64,000 nucleotides of DNA from an uncultured Actinomycetes bacterium (GCA_963725665.1 CAVRZA010000003.1:160001-224000), one strand, 5' to 3'. Shown: positions 41,091 through 51,798, counted from the first letter of the stretch. Numbers and translations are program-made. Notes: generated by a model from the sequence alone, not told the origin.

Positions 41091-41663
41091 TCCGTCGTCT
41101 CTTCGTGCGGTCGCGCCGGACCTCTCGGCTGCGGCGGCGCGCCGTCGGGGTTCACGGCCATCGAGCTGCTCCTCGCGTGCGTCATCGGTGGCCTCGCGCT
41201 GGCGGCGGCGTGGTCATGGCTCTACTCGTCGGCCGCCGCCGGTGGTCGCGAACAACGCCGGCTCGAGGCCGAGACGTCGCTAGCCTTCGTCGAGCGCCTC
41301 ACAGCGGCGGAGCTGAGACGAGCCGCGCTGTTCCTGGCCTCACCCGCGCCCGGCTGCTCTGAGCACAGCGTGTCGTTCGTCGTGGTCGACGACGACGGGA
41401 CGCGCGGACACGGTCACCTACGTCTGGAACCCCGCGACGCGTGTCCTCTGGCGCAAGGCGTCGGGCAGTCACCTGGTGAGCGACGTGACGTCGTTCACGG
41501 TCAGCTACCTCGACGCCGCCGGCTCCGAGCTGGCGCCGCGGGCGGCTCCCTCTCTGCCTCGGAGCTGGCCCGCGTGCACGCTTTGCGACTGTCGCTGACT
41601 CTTTCGTGGGGAGTCGGTCAAGCGAAGGCCTCGTGGGACGTCACGCCCAGAGCCGAGCGCTGA
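41081..41663 (+). CDS. Minor pilin (PilW-like); frameshifted, start approximate
   Basis: G|FTAIELLLACVIGGLAL at about 41148; later LVSDVTSFTVSYLD. Confidence 0.62.
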
Positions 41664-42922
41664 ACCGAGCGACTCTTCGCAGACGGCGCCGCGAGCCTTG
41701 CTGCGGCCCCGGCGAGCGCGCTTACGTCATGCTGGCCGCGCTCGTCATCGTCGCCTTGGCGTTCGTCGTCGTCGGAACGTGTCTGGCACTCGTCTCGTCG
41801 GCGACGCGCGTGCGCGCCGCCGACGAGACGAGTGCTCGCGCGCTTGCGCTCGCCGAGACCGGGCTCGCCGACGCGCGCGAGCGCGCCCGCTGGGGATGGG
41901 CCGGTCGTGGGGGGCTCGGCGTCGTCGAACGGCTCGGCGACGTGACCACCGCCGAGGGCGTCTACACGATCACGCTCGAGCGTATCCCCGAGCCCCTGCC
42001 TGCAGGGCCTACCGAGGCCGCGGTTGGGGTATCGAGCCCGAGCCCGGCGTCATCGCCGTCCGTGCTGGCGCCCGATCCCCCGGGAACGCGCTGGTACCGC
42101 GTCGAGGTCGAGGCGACGGCCGGACGCGCTCGTCACCAACTGCGCGCCCTCGTCGTTGTCTCGCCTACGGCGCTGCCTCGAGGTGTAGCCGTGGCTGGCG
42201 ACCTCGAGGCTGCCGATCTCGTCACGGTCGCCGGCAGTGGGGTCTACGTGGCGGGGGATGTTCGCGGACGGGAGCACATCACGCTCGACTCTCCGACCGG
42301 GCTCGACGAGGCTCGTCCGGAGTCGTTTGCGAGCCCAGGGGTGCACGCCGGCGGAGGCATATTCGTCGGCGACGAGGAGGAGCACGCGGGCGGCGCGCCG
42401 CCCGCGTCCGACAGCGACCCGCACGCGGGCGGCGCGCCGCCCGATTCGACCTGGCGTCTGCCGGCGGCGGGCGTGCTGGGCGACCTCGCCACCCACGCCA
42501 CGGGCACCGGTGCCGGTCTTCTCGGCGACGCGCTCCTGCTCGACGCGCTGCCGCCGGCGCCCGATGCCTCGAGCGCCGGCGGCAGCGCCGACGGTGTGAT
42601 CATCGTCGTCCGCGCTCCTGCCTCAGCGGGCGGCATGCGGATCGAGGGCATGCGCCCTGCGCCGCCCGCCGCCTGTGCGCTCACGCTGGTAGTCGAGGGC
42701 GACGCGACGGTCACCGCGCCGGCCGCCATGAGCGGAGAGCTTGTAGTCACCGGCACGCTTTCTGTCGAGATGCCGCTTACGGTGTCGGGCTCCCTCGTGG
42801 CCGGCGCGCTCGCCGTCGCGTCGCCGCTGCACGTTGCCCTCGCGCCCGGGTGGGCGGAGCGGCCGGCGCCGGGGTCGCTGGCCACCACGGTGACCTGGTG
42901 GAGCGATGCGCCGCAGCCCTGA
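41606..42922 (+). CDS. Large PilX-like minor pilin; true start probably nearer 41660-41730
   Basis: AYVMLAALVIV without E5, A..LAE.G, low-complexity beta-rich C-terminus. Confidence 0.6.
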   Translation: MGSRSSEGLVGRHAQSRALNRATLRRRRREPCCGPGERAYVMLAALVIVALAFVVVGTCLALVSSATRVRAADETSARALALAETGLADARERARWGWAGRGGLGVVERLGDVTTAEGVYTITLERIPEPLPAGPTEAAVGVSSPSPASSPSVLAPDPPGTRWYRVEVEATAGRARHQLRALVVVSPTALPRGVAVAGDLEAADLVTVAGSGVYVAGDVRGREHITLDSPTGLDEARPESFASPGVHAGGGIFVGDEEEHAGGAPPASDSDPHAGGAPPDSTWRLPAAGVLGDLATHATGTGAGLLGDALLLDALPPAPDASSAGGSADGVIIVVRAPASAGGMRIEGMRPAPPAACALTLVVEGDATVTAPAAMSGELVVTGTLSVEMPLTVSGSLVAGALAVASPLHVALAPGWAERPAPGSLATTVTWWSDAPQP

Positions 42923-43023
42923 ACGCACCCGCCGCGGGCCCAGGCCGACCGCTCGACCGAAGGGGCTAACAGCGCTTTGGAGCGAGCACCGTATCGGCGA
43001 GGTCGTGCGGTCGAGCCCATGCC

Positions 43024-43051
43024 TAAAGGAACGGCACGAACCTGCCGACAA
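43024..43051 (+). promoter_or_regulatory. Sigma28/WhiG-type promoter for pilMNO
   Basis: TAAAG-N15-GCCGACAA, intergenic. Confidence 0.75.
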
Positions 43052-43087
43052 CCTCGCTGAAAGCCACGGCAAGCGGAGAGTGCAGCC

Positions 43088-44194
43088 ATGGGGAAGAGCG
43101 CATTGCGCATAGGCCTCGATCTCGAGCAATCCTCGATCGCGGCCGTCCAGATCAAAAGCAACAAGCAGAGCCAGGTCCTCACCGGCGCGGCGGTGAGGGC
43201 GCTCCCGGAGGGGCTCGTGTTCGAGGGCGAGGTCGTCGATGCCGACGGCTTGGCCGCCGAGCTCAAGTCGTTCTGGAAAGAGGCCAAGCTCACCGGGCGC
43301 CGCGTGAACCTCGGCTTGGCCAACCAGAAGATCGTGGTCCGCACCATGGAGTTCCCGCCCATCGACCAGAGCGAGCTGCGGGCCGCGATCGAGTTCCAGG
43401 CCCAGGAGCACATCCCGATCCCCGTTGAGGAGGCTGTGCTCGACTACCAGGTCCTCGCCACCTACGACGGCGAAGACGGCGCACCACGCCAAAAGGTGCT
43501 GCTCGTCGCGGCGCAAAAGGACATGGTGCGCCAGTTCGTCGAGGTGGCCAAGAAGGCCGGCCTCAGCGTCGAGGGCATCGACCTGCAGGCGTTCGCTCTC
43601 GCCCGGGCGCTCGCGCCCAAGGCCAGCTTCCTCGGCGACGGCGAGAGCGCGAACGGCGACGGGACGGTGGCCCTGGCCAATATCGGCTCCGGGCTGACCA
43701 ATCTCATCGTCAGCGTCAACGGGATCCCCCAGTTCACGCGCGTCATCAATGTCGGCAGCGACACGCTGGTAACGGCGTTGATGACCAATCGCGGGATCGA
43801 GCGGGCCGAGGCCGATCGCCTGCGCATGCAGGTCGGTCTCACCGGCGACGGCGAAGATGACACCTCGGAGCTCACGGTCGAGACGGTGAGCGAGATCCAC
43901 CAGGTGCTCGACCAGTCGAGCGAGGCGTTCGCCGACGAGATCCGCCGTTCGGTCGACTACTACCACACGCAGGAGCACGACGGTTCGATCAGTAAGCTCG
44001 TGCTCAGCGGCGATGGCTCCTTGACGCGCAACATCGCCGCCTACCTGTCGCAGGCGCTGCATCTGCCGGTGGAGACCGGCAACCCTCTGCAAGAGGTAGG
44101 CGAGAACAAGTCGAAGCTCTCAGAGGCAGAGCTCGAGGCAGTGGCCCCCCGGCTCACGATCGCCATCGGGCTGGCGTTGGACGACGAGGAGTAG
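43088..44194 (+). CDS. pilM: Type IV pilus assembly protein PilM
   Basis: IGLDL...I, IP.PVEEAVLDYQ, NIG...T, EIRRS.DYY, L.IAIGLA. Confidence 0.93.
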   Translation: MGKSALRIGLDLEQSSIAAVQIKSNKQSQVLTGAAVRALPEGLVFEGEVVDADGLAAELKSFWKEAKLTGRRVNLGLANQKIVVRTMEFPPIDQSELRAAIEFQAQEHIPIPVEEAVLDYQVLATYDGEDGAPRQKVLLVAAQKDMVRQFVEVAKKAGLSVEGIDLQAFALARALAPKASFLGDGESANGDGTVALANIGSGLTNLIVSVNGIPQFTRVINVGSDTLVTALMTNRGIERAEADRLRMQVGLTGDGEDDTSELTVETVSEIHQVLDQSSEAFADEIRRSVDYYHTQEHDGSISKLVLSGDGSLTRNIAAYLSQALHLPVETGNPLQEVGENKSKLSEAELEAVAPRLTIAIGLALDDEE

Positions 44195-44198
44195 GGCG

Positions 44199-44864
44199 AT
44201 GAAACGCATCAACCTGCTGCCGCCGGGAGAACGGGACAAAGCCTCACGCGAACAGGGCTTGGCCTACGCCCTTCTGGGCCTGGTCGTCCTGGTCGTCGCG
44301 CTAGGGGCCGTGTACCTGATGCTCAACAGGCAGGTGGCCACCAAACAGGACCAGGTGAACGATCTGCAGGCGCAGATCCAGCAGGTCACCGCACAGGTCG
44401 ACGCGCTCAGGTGGGCCGAGGTCCTGCAGCAGCAGCGCGTCAGCATGATGACCACGGCCACGCAGCTCCTCGCCTCCCGTGTCGACTGGTCGAACATCCT
44501 CGAAGAGCTGAGCCTCGTCATCCCCGACCAGGTGGTACTCACCGACCTCACGGCCCAGGTGCCGCAGACGATGCAGCCGACAGTAGGGGGCGCCGCTGCC
44601 AGCACCGCTGCCAGCACCGGCCAGACATCGGGGGCTGACCTCACGCTGTCCGGTCGAGCCGACAACCACGTGAGCGTCGCCAGCTTCATGACTCGTCTGG
44701 GCCTGATGCCGCAGCTCGCCAACGTGCAGCTGATGAGTTCGACCGAGAGCGAAAACGGCGACTACGTGGACTATGTGATCACGGCTAGCCTGCGGCACTT
44801 CGCCCAGCAGCCGCCCGTGGCCCAGCCGGCCACGACGATGACGAGTGCGGGAGGTGCCCAGTGA
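44199..44864 (+). CDS. pilN: Type IV pilus assembly protein PilN
   Basis: RINLLP, TM helix, coiled coil, W..IL.EL...IP..V.L. Confidence 0.9.
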   Translation: MKRINLLPPGERDKASREQGLAYALLGLVVLVVALGAVYLMLNRQVATKQDQVNDLQAQIQQVTAQVDALRWAEVLQQQRVSMMTTATQLLASRVDWSNILEELSLVIPDQVVLTDLTAQVPQTMQPTVGGAAASTAASTGQTSGADLTLSGRADNHVSVASFMTRLGLMPQLANVQLMSSTESENGDYVDYVITASLRHFAQQPPVAQPATTMTSAGGAQ

Positions 44865-45520
44865 AAGCCCGCGGCAAGGAGATCTTCATCATCGCCGGCG
44901 TCATCGCTGCCGTAGTCTGCGCCGCGTGGTACTTCCTGTTCCTTAGCCCGACGCGGACGAAGCTCAACGACCTGGGCGCCCAGGTGACCCAGGCGGAACA
45001 GACGCTGAGGGGTGCAAGGCAGGATCTCCTCCGCCTACAGGCCTACGCGAAGGCCGCTCCGCAGACTAAGGCCGATCTGGTGCGCCTCAACAAGATCCTG
45101 CCGTCCGACCTCAACGGCATGCCGTCGGCCATCATCGAACTCAACAAGACGGTCACGGAGTCCGGCCTCGGATTCGTCTCGATCAAGCCCGGCGCGCCGA
45201 CTACCGGCACACCGTTTTCCGTGCAGGCGGCCGATCTAGGGTTCACGGCGGGCTACTTCGACTTCGAGGACTTCCTTTACAGGCTTGAAGGATACGTCGA
45301 GTACCGCAACGCTAACTTCCTCGTCAGCGGCCGTCTCTTCGAAGTCAGCAAGATCCAGATGAGCAAGATGAGCGACAGCTCCGACTTGACAGTCACCGTC
45401 ACCCTCAACGGCTACCAGTGGAACGGCACACCGGCGAGCAGCGGGACCACCGCTCCGACCGGCACGGGTACCGCCACGGCCGCGACCTCGTCAGCAGCGA
45501 GCACGGTAGGTGCACCATGA
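44861..45520 (+). CDS. pilO: Type IV pilus assembly protein PilO
   Basis: TM helix with WYFLFLSP, coiled coil, G.Y..F..FL..LE. Confidence 0.85.
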   Translation: MKARGKEIFIIAGVIAAVVCAAWYFLFLSPTRTKLNDLGAQVTQAEQTLRGARQDLLRLQAYAKAAPQTKADLVRLNKILPSDLNGMPSAIIELNKTVTESGLGFVSIKPGAPTTGTPFSVQAADLGFTAGYFDFEDFLYRLEGYVEYRNANFLVSGRLFEVSKIQMSKMSDSSDLTVTVTLNGYQWNGTPASSGTTAPTGTGTATAATSSAASTVGAP

Positions 45521-46392
45521 GACTCTCTCGACGCTCACTGTTCATCTTCGTCCTCGTGGCCGTCATCGGCGCCTCGCTGGCCGTGGTCGTGGTAAGCGGC
45601 GGCAAGGGCGGAGCGACGACGACGATGGGCTTCTACGGCGACGGCACCCAGGGATCCTCGGTGCTCGCCAGCGACAACGGCACCGACACGCAGGCTACCG
45701 ACTCGTTCGCGGCGGACCCCGCCCAGGAGGAGCCCGTCCTCGACAAGTTCCACAGCAAAGACCCGTTCCGCACCGTCTACAGCGACAGCGCGAGCGGCGG
45801 GACGAGCGGCACGGTCGCAGCGCCGACCGGCGGGGGCACGGCCCAACAGCCCACCTCGGCCGACGTGCGCATCAACGGCACCAACTACGCGGCGGTCAAG
45901 GTGAACGACAAGGTCCCGAGCGGGGATCCGAAGTTCATCGTGACGGGCATCACGTCCTCGGGTGTCACGTTCAGCCTGGTCGAAGGCAACCAGTTCGAGG
46001 ACGGCAGCACCTCGGTCACCGTCGCCGAAGGCCAGGTGGTCGCGGTCAAGGACCAGACGAGCGGCAAGTCGTTCACGCTGGGAGTCGTGAAGCTCAACTA
46101 CGCCGGGACGAGCGGTGGTTCGGGCTCTGGTTCCGGCTCCGGCTCCGGCTCCAGCGTCAGTCAGGCCGGGCACTCGATCAAGGTGCTCAGCATCGACAGC
46201 CAGAACGGCGTCGCGCGTGTGACGCTGGTCGTCGACAGCGTGACGTACGCCGACAAGAAGGTCGGCGCCACGTTCTCGACCGGCTGGGGTCAGATCAAGA
46301 TCGTGAGCATCAATGCCTCGGCTCAGACCGTCGTCATCCTTCAGGGCGACGAGCAGCTCACCCTGCAGGCGGGTCAGTCGTTCGCGAAGTAG
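45517..46392 (+). CDS. Hypothetical exported protein with two beta-rich domains and a Gly/Ser linker
   Basis: ATGA overlap with pilO, N-terminal TM, KDPF motif, GSGSGSGSGS. Confidence 0.75.
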   Translation: MRLSRRSLFIFVLVAVIGASLAVVVVSGGKGGATTTMGFYGDGTQGSSVLASDNGTDTQATDSFAADPAQEEPVLDKFHSKDPFRTVYSDSASGGTSGTVAAPTGGGTAQQPTSADVRINGTNYAAVKVNDKVPSGDPKFIVTGITSSGVTFSLVEGNQFEDGSTSVTVAEGQVVAVKDQTSGKSFTLGVVKLNYAGTSGGSGSGSGSGSGSSVSQAGHSIKVLSIDSQNGVARVTLVVDSVTYADKKVGATFSTGWGQIKIVSINASAQTVVILQGDEQLTLQAGQSFAK

Positions 46393-46414
46393 CCCCTGGC
46401 GACAGTCAAGAAGC

Positions 46415-46449
46415 ACGCGAGGGGCGGCCCGAGAGGCCGCCCCTCGCGT
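46415..46449. terminator. 15-bp stem hairpin closing the pilus locus
   Basis: acgcgaggggcggcc-cgaga-ggccgcccctcgcgt. Confidence 0.75.
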
Positions 46450-46485
46450 ATGTGTCTGCGGCGCCTCATCGTATAAGGTACGGCC

Positions 46486-47655
46486 ATGACGGCGCTCCGC
46501 TACCTCACCGCCGGCGAGTCTCACGGTCCGCAGCTCACCGCGATCGTGGAGGGGTGTCCGTCGCGCCTGCCCCTGCGCGCCGACGACGTCGACCGCGACC
46601 TCGCGCGTCGACAGCTCGGCTACGGCCGCGGTGAGCGGCAGGCGATCGAGCGCGACCAGGTACGCATCGTCTCGGGTGTCCGCTACGGACGCACGACGGG
46701 CGCCCCCGTGACTTTCGTGGTGGAGAACCGCGATCACGCCAACTGGGGAGACAAGCTGGCCGTCGAGGAACCCGCGGTCCGCGCCGAGGTCCTGCGCGCG
46801 CCGCGGCCCGGTCATGCCGACCTGGGGGGAGCCCTCGTGTACGGCCTCGACGACCTGCGCGACGTGATCGAGCGCGCCAGCGCGCGCGAGACGGCGGCGC
46901 GCGTGGCCGTGGGGGCGCTCGCCAAGAGGCTGCTGGCCGAGATCGGCTGTCGCGTGGCGGGCCACGTCGTCGCCATCGGAGCCGTACGCTCGACCGTAGC
47001 GATCGGCGAGGACGTCGCGATCGAAGAGGTCACGCGGGCCGAGGACGACGCCGTCCGCTGCCTCGACCCAGAGGCGAGCCGGGCGATGCGCGCCGCCATC
47101 GACGACGCCCGGGAGCGTGGCGACACGCTCGGCGGCGTCGTCGAGGTCGTCGCCGTGGGCTACCCGCCGGGCGTGGGCAGCTACGCGCAGGCGGACCGCC
47201 GCCTGGGCGGCAAGCTGGCCGCGGCGCTCATGAGCATCAACGCCATCAAGGGTGTCGAGGTCGGGCTCGGGTTCGCCGCGGCCGCGACGCCGGGGTCCGC
47301 CTACCAGGATGAGATCCTCTACTCCGAGGAGCGCGGCTACTACCGCGAGACGAACCGGGCCGGCGGCATCGAGGGCGGCATCTCCACGGGGGCGCCGATC
47401 GTCGTCAGGGCGGCGATGAAGCCCATCTCGACGCTCATGAAGCCTCTGCGCACGGTGGAGCTCGGCACGCATCGTCCGGTCGAAGCGCACGTGGAACGCA
47501 GCGACGTCTGCGCGGTGCCCGCGGCGGGTGTCGTTGCCGAGGCCGCTGTGGCGTTCGCCCTGGCCGCGGCGGCGCTGGAGCGCTTCGGCGGCGAGAGCGT
47601 CGATGAGCTCGTCGCCGCGGTGGATGCCTGCCGCGAACGCGCGCGCACGTTGTGA
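46486..47655 (+). CDS. aroC: Chorismate synthase
   Basis: TAGESHGP, PRPGHADL, ERASARETA, NRAGGIEGG, MKPIST, ERSDVC.VP. Confidence 0.96.
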   Translation: MTALRYLTAGESHGPQLTAIVEGCPSRLPLRADDVDRDLARRQLGYGRGERQAIERDQVRIVSGVRYGRTTGAPVTFVVENRDHANWGDKLAVEEPAVRAEVLRAPRPGHADLGGALVYGLDDLRDVIERASARETAARVAVGALAKRLLAEIGCRVAGHVVAIGAVRSTVAIGEDVAIEEVTRAEDDAVRCLDPEASRAMRAAIDDARERGDTLGGVVEVVAVGYPPGVGSYAQADRRLGGKLAAALMSINAIKGVEVGLGFAAAATPGSAYQDEILYSEERGYYRETNRAGGIEGGISTGAPIVVRAAMKPISTLMKPLRTVELGTHRPVEAHVERSDVCAVPAAGVVAEAAVAFALAAAALERFGGESVDELVAAVDACRERARTL

Positions 47656-47665
47656 GGCTGGATCG

Positions 47666-48223
47666 ATGAGCGACGACGCCGTGCCGACGGGGGATGTCGG
47701 CTCCAGCGCCGGCTCGGGTCGCTCCGTGAGCGTGGCGCTCATCGGCTTCATGGGTGCCGGCAAGAGCGCCGTGGGCAGACTGCTCGCGCGCCGCCTCGGA
47801 GTGCCCTTCAGCGACACCGACGAGCTCGTCGAGCGTCGCCACGGCCCCATCGCCGCCCTCTTCGTCACACGCGGCGAGGCGACGTTCCGTGAGCTCGAGC
47901 GGGAGATCGTCCTCGTGGAGCTGGCACGCGCTGCCGAGGCCGCCGGGGTGGTCTCACTGGGGGGCGGCGCGGTGACGGACGGCGACGTGCGCGAGGCGCT
48001 GACGCGCCTCGCGCACGTCGCCTGGCTCGACGCGCCGCCGCAGGTACTCTTCGGGCGCGCCAACGGCAGCGAGCGGCCCCTGGCGCGCGACCAGGCGTCG
48101 TTCGTCGCCCTCTACGAGCGCCGTCGGCCTCTCTACGAGGCTTGCGCGACGGTGCGAGTGGTCAATGACGGACGGCGCCCCGCCGACGAGGTCGCGACCG
48201 AGCTGGCCGAGGCGGTGGCGTGA
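47666..48223 (+). CDS. aroK: Shikimate kinase
   Basis: IGFMGAGKS, GE..FR.LE, SLGGG, RPL, R...Y. Confidence 0.92.
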   Translation: MSDDAVPTGDVGSSAGSGRSVSVALIGFMGAGKSAVGRLLARRLGVPFSDTDELVERRHGPIAALFVTRGEATFRELEREIVLVELARAAEAAGVVSLGGGAVTDGDVREALTRLAHVAWLDAPPQVLFGRANGSERPLARDQASFVALYERRRPLYEACATVRVVNDGRRPADEVATELAEAVA

Positions 48224-49303
48224 TGCGCAGCGTCGTCGCGACGACGAGTCAGGGCGAGTATGAGATCGCCGTCGGCCCGGGCCTCCTGGGCTCGCTGGGC
48301 GTGCGCCTCGCAGACCTCGTGGAGCCGGCGCGCGCCGTGGTCGTGACCGATGAGAACGTCGCGCCGCTGTACCTGGAACCATCGCGCGCGGCGCTTGCAG
48401 GCGCCGGGTTCGAGGTCTCCCACCTCGTCCTGCCGGCCGGCGAGCGGCAGAAGACGCTCGAGCGGGCGCAGGAGATCTACGGCGTGCTCTACGAGCGCGG
48501 TCTGCAGCGCAGTGACGTGATCGTCGCCCTGGGCGGCGGCGTCATCGGCGATCTGGCGGGCTTCGTCGCGGCGACGTTCCTGCGCGGCGTGCGCCTCGCG
48601 CAGGCGCCGACCACGCTGCTGGCCCAGGTCGACGCCGCCATCGGCGGCAAGGTGGCGGTCGACTTCCGCGCCGGCAAGAACTACATCGGCACCTTCTATC
48701 AGCCGCGGATGGTCGTGGCCGATCTCGAGACGCTCGTCACACTGCCCGAGCGTGAGGTCCGCAACGGCTGGGCCGAGGTCGTCAAGTACGCCTTCCTGGT
48801 GGGCGACGACCTCCTCGCCGCCGTGAGCGCAGCTCTCGCGGCGGGAGGTCCTGCCGGGCGAGGAGGTCGTCGCCCGCTGCGCGGCCGAGAAGGTCGCCGT
48901 CGTCGAGCGCGACGAGCGCGAGGAGACGGGGGAGAGGGCCCTCCTCAACCTCGGCCACACCGTCGGCCACGCCGTCGAGGCGGCGGGATCGTTCGCCGGC
49001 TACTCGCACGGTGAGGCGGTCGGGCTGGGTCTGCGCGCTGTGCTGTGGCTCTCGCAGCGCCTCAGCGGCCTGGCCGAAGAGGAGGCTGCGGCGGGCCAGG
49101 CGCTCCTGAGCGCCGCGGGCCTGCCCGAGCACCTCGAGGGAGTCGATCCGGCCGCAGCGGCGGCTCTCACGGCGCGCGACAAGAAGGCCGATCGGCGGGG
49201 CACGCGCTACGTGCTGCTGCACGGTTTCGGACGGCCGCTCGCGGGCTGCGAGGTCGCCCCAGAGCTCGAGGCGGAGGCGCTCAGATGGCTGGCGGCGAGA
49301 TGA
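48220..49303 (+). CDS. aroB: 3-dehydroquinate synthase; one frameshift near 48850
   Basis: [27 protein letters not shown]; continues [21 protein letters not shown] in another frame. Confidence 0.9.
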
Positions 49304-49743
49304 AGGAGCTCTGGCTTCTGCACGGGGTGAACCTCGACATGCTCGGCGCTCGGCCGGCCGAGCACTACGGAGCCCTCACGCTGGCCGAGCTGGAGGAGCG
49401 CGTCGTCGGCCGTGGCGCCGAGCGCGGCTTCACCGTGCGCTGCTTTCAGACGAATCACGAGGGCGAGCTCGTAGAGAAGCTCCACGAGCTCGCCCTCGCG
49501 CCCCCTACTGCGATCGTCATCAACCCCGGCGCCTGGACGCACTACAGCTACGCGATCCGCGACGCCCTCGAGCTCGTCGCGGCGCCGGTGGCCGAGGTGC
49601 ACCTGTCGGCTGTCGACGAGCGCGAGGAGTGGCGCAGGCGCTCGGTCATCGCCGACCTGGCGACGGTGCGTGTGAGCGGCAAGGGGGTAGACGGGTACCT
49701 TGAGGCCGTCGACGCCCTTGCGGCGGCCGCGGGCGTCGGCTGA
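49300..49743 (+). CDS. aroQ: Type II 3-dehydroquinate dehydratase
   Basis: HG.NL..LG.R...[22 protein letters not shown]. Confidence 0.93.
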   Translation: MKELWLLHGVNLDMLGARPAEHYGALTLAELEERVVGRGAERGFTVRCFQTNHEGELVEKLHELALAPPTAIVINPGAWTHYSYAIRDALELVAAPVAEVHLSAVDEREEWRRRSVIADLATVRVSGKGVDGYLEAVDALAAAAGVG

Positions 49744-49878
49744 GGCGCGCCGACCGAAGAGGGCGCTCGCTGAGATGGCTCGCGATACCGGCGGTCGGTG
49801 ACGACCCCGCGCCCGAGACGAGGGCGGAGACCAGGATGCGGCGAACCAGTGCGCGCACGAGACGGAGGTGAGCGGACG

Positions 49879-51060
49879 GTGAACGGGCGAGAGGCGCGGC
49901 GAGTGGGAGCGCAGACCACCCGGGCTGGGGCTGGAGATCCAGGCCGACCGAAGGCGGCGCGACCGGCGAAGACGGCGGCGCCACCCGCGACGGATCGGCT
50001 CGGCCGTCTGCGCGACCTCCTGGACGCGCGCGGTCTCGACGCCGTGCTCGTCAGCGATTCGACCGACGTGCGCTACCTCTCGGGCTTTCGCGGTGAGGAC
50101 ACGACACTGGTCGTCGGCCGTGACGCGGCCTTGATCTGCACCGACTCGCGCTTCTGGGAACAGGTGCGCGAGGAGGTCGCCGGTTTCGAGCTCGTCGCGG
50201 TCGTCGGCGGCGACCTCATCGCCGAGACTGCGACGGTGGCCGACGTGCGCCTCGGTGGCGCCCTCGGTTACCAGGGGGCGCACCTGAGCCACGCCGCCTA
50301 TCGGGTCCTGCGCCGTCGCCATACGGGCCGGCTGCGTGACGTGGGCGATCGCGTGACGCGCCTGCGAGCCGTCAAAGACGACACGGAGCTGGCAGCGATG
50401 CGCCGCGCCGCCGCGGTGACCGATGAGGCGTTGCGCCTGGTCGTCGGCCGCGGCCTCGTGGGACGCGCCGAGGTAGACGTCGCCTGGGACCTGCGCGCCG
50501 AGTACCACCGCCTGGGCGCCGAGGGCGAGGCGTTTCCGGCGATCGTCGCCGCCGGCGCGCACGGGGCGCAGGGGCACGCCATCCCCGGTGAGCGCGCGAT
50601 CGCCGCGGGGGAGCTGGTGGTCATCGACACCGGGGCGCGTGTGGACGGCTACTGCAGCGACATCACGCGCACATTCGCGACCGGTGAAATGGCGCCGGAG
50701 CTGCGCCGGGTCTACGAAGTCGTCCTCGCGGCGCAGCTCGCCGGCCTCGCAGCGGTGCGTCCCGGCGCCCACGGTCGTCACGACGTGGACGCGGCCAGCA
50801 GGGCGGTGATCGAGGCGTCCGGCTACGGCGAGCGTTTCGGGCACGGCACCGGACACGGGGTGGGTCTCGAGGTCCACGAGGCGCCGGGCCTCGGCCGCAC
50901 GCGCGGCAACGCGCTTGCCGCCGGCATGGTCTGCACCGTCGAGCCGGGCGTGTACCTTGAGGGTCTTGCCGGGGTGCGTATCGAGGACACCGTCGTCGTG
51001 ACCGACGACGGCTACGAGGTCTTGACGCGCTTTCCCAAGGAGTTGCAGGTCGTTCGCTGA
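49879..51060 (+). CDS. Xaa-Pro peptidase (M24 family)
   Basis: YLSGF.G, DSR, GYCSDITRT, HGTGHGVGLEVHE, EPGVY, GVRIED. Confidence 0.92.
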   Translation: MNGREARRVGAQTTRAGAGDPGRPKAARPAKTAAPPATDRLGRLRDLLDARGLDAVLVSDSTDVRYLSGFRGEDTTLVVGRDAALICTDSRFWEQVREEVAGFELVAVVGGDLIAETATVADVRLGGALGYQGAHLSHAAYRVLRRRHTGRLRDVGDRVTRLRAVKDDTELAAMRRAAAVTDEALRLVVGRGLVGRAEVDVAWDLRAEYHRLGAEGEAFPAIVAAGAHGAQGHAIPGERAIAAGELVVIDTGARVDGYCSDITRTFATGEMAPELRRVYEVVLAAQLAGLAAVRPGAHGRHDVDAASRAVIEASGYGERFGHGTGHGVGLEVHEAPGLGRTRGNALAAGMVCTVEPGVYLEGLAGVRIEDTVVVTDDGYEVLTRFPKELQVVR

Positions 51061-51231
51061 GACGATTCGGGGCCGCGGTCTCTCGTGCGACGAGGCGCGG
51101 GACCGAGGTCGCCCCAGACGACTCGCGTGCCGTGATGCGCGAGTTGCCATCCTGTATCATGATGCGACCATCGCGGCCTCCGGACGGCCGAGGGCGCCCC
51201 GGCGAGCCACAGCATCGAGACAAGGGAACGC

Positions 51232-51798
51232 ATGGCGGACGTAGTCTCCACCAACCAGTTCAAGAACGGGATAGCCATCGAGATCGAGGGGGAGAACTTC
51301 ACCATCGTCGAGTTCCAGCACGTCAAGCCCGGCAAAGGCGGCGCCTTCGTGCGCACGAGGGTGAAGAACATCGCCACGGGGGCGGTGCTCGACCGGACCT
51401 TTCGCGCCGGTGAGAAGTTCAGCCGTGTGCACACCCAGTCGCGGCGCATGCAGTATCTCTACTCGACCGAGGACGAGGTCGTGCTGATGAACAACGAGAC
51501 CTACGAGCAAGTGTCGGTGCGTCCGGAGATGGCCAGAGAGGCACTGCGCTGGGTGGTCGAGAACGGCGAGGTCGAGCTGCTCTCCATCAATGGGGTCCCG
51601 TCCTCGGTCGAGCCGCCGACCTTCGTGGAGCTCACCATCACGCACGCCGAGCCGGGATTGCGCGGCGACACGGCTCAGGGCGGTTCGAAGCCCGCCACAC
51701 TCGAGACCGGCGTCGTCGTGCAGGTGCCGCTGTTCATCGACCAGGGCGAGCGCATCAAAGTCGACACGCGCACCGCCGAGTACCTGAGCCGGGTCTAG
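51232..51798 (+). CDS. efp: Elongation factor P
   Basis: [21 protein letters not shown]....VPLFI, VDTR..EY.SR. Confidence 0.97.
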   Translation: MADVVSTNQFKNGIAIEIEGENFTIVEFQHVKPGKGGAFVRTRVKNIATGAVLDRTFRAGEKFSRVHTQSRRMQYLYSTEDEVVLMNNETYEQVSVRPEMAREALRWVVENGEVELLSINGVPSSVEPPTFVELTITHAEPGLRGDTAQGGSKPATLETGVVVQVPLFIDQGERIKVDTRTAEYLSRV

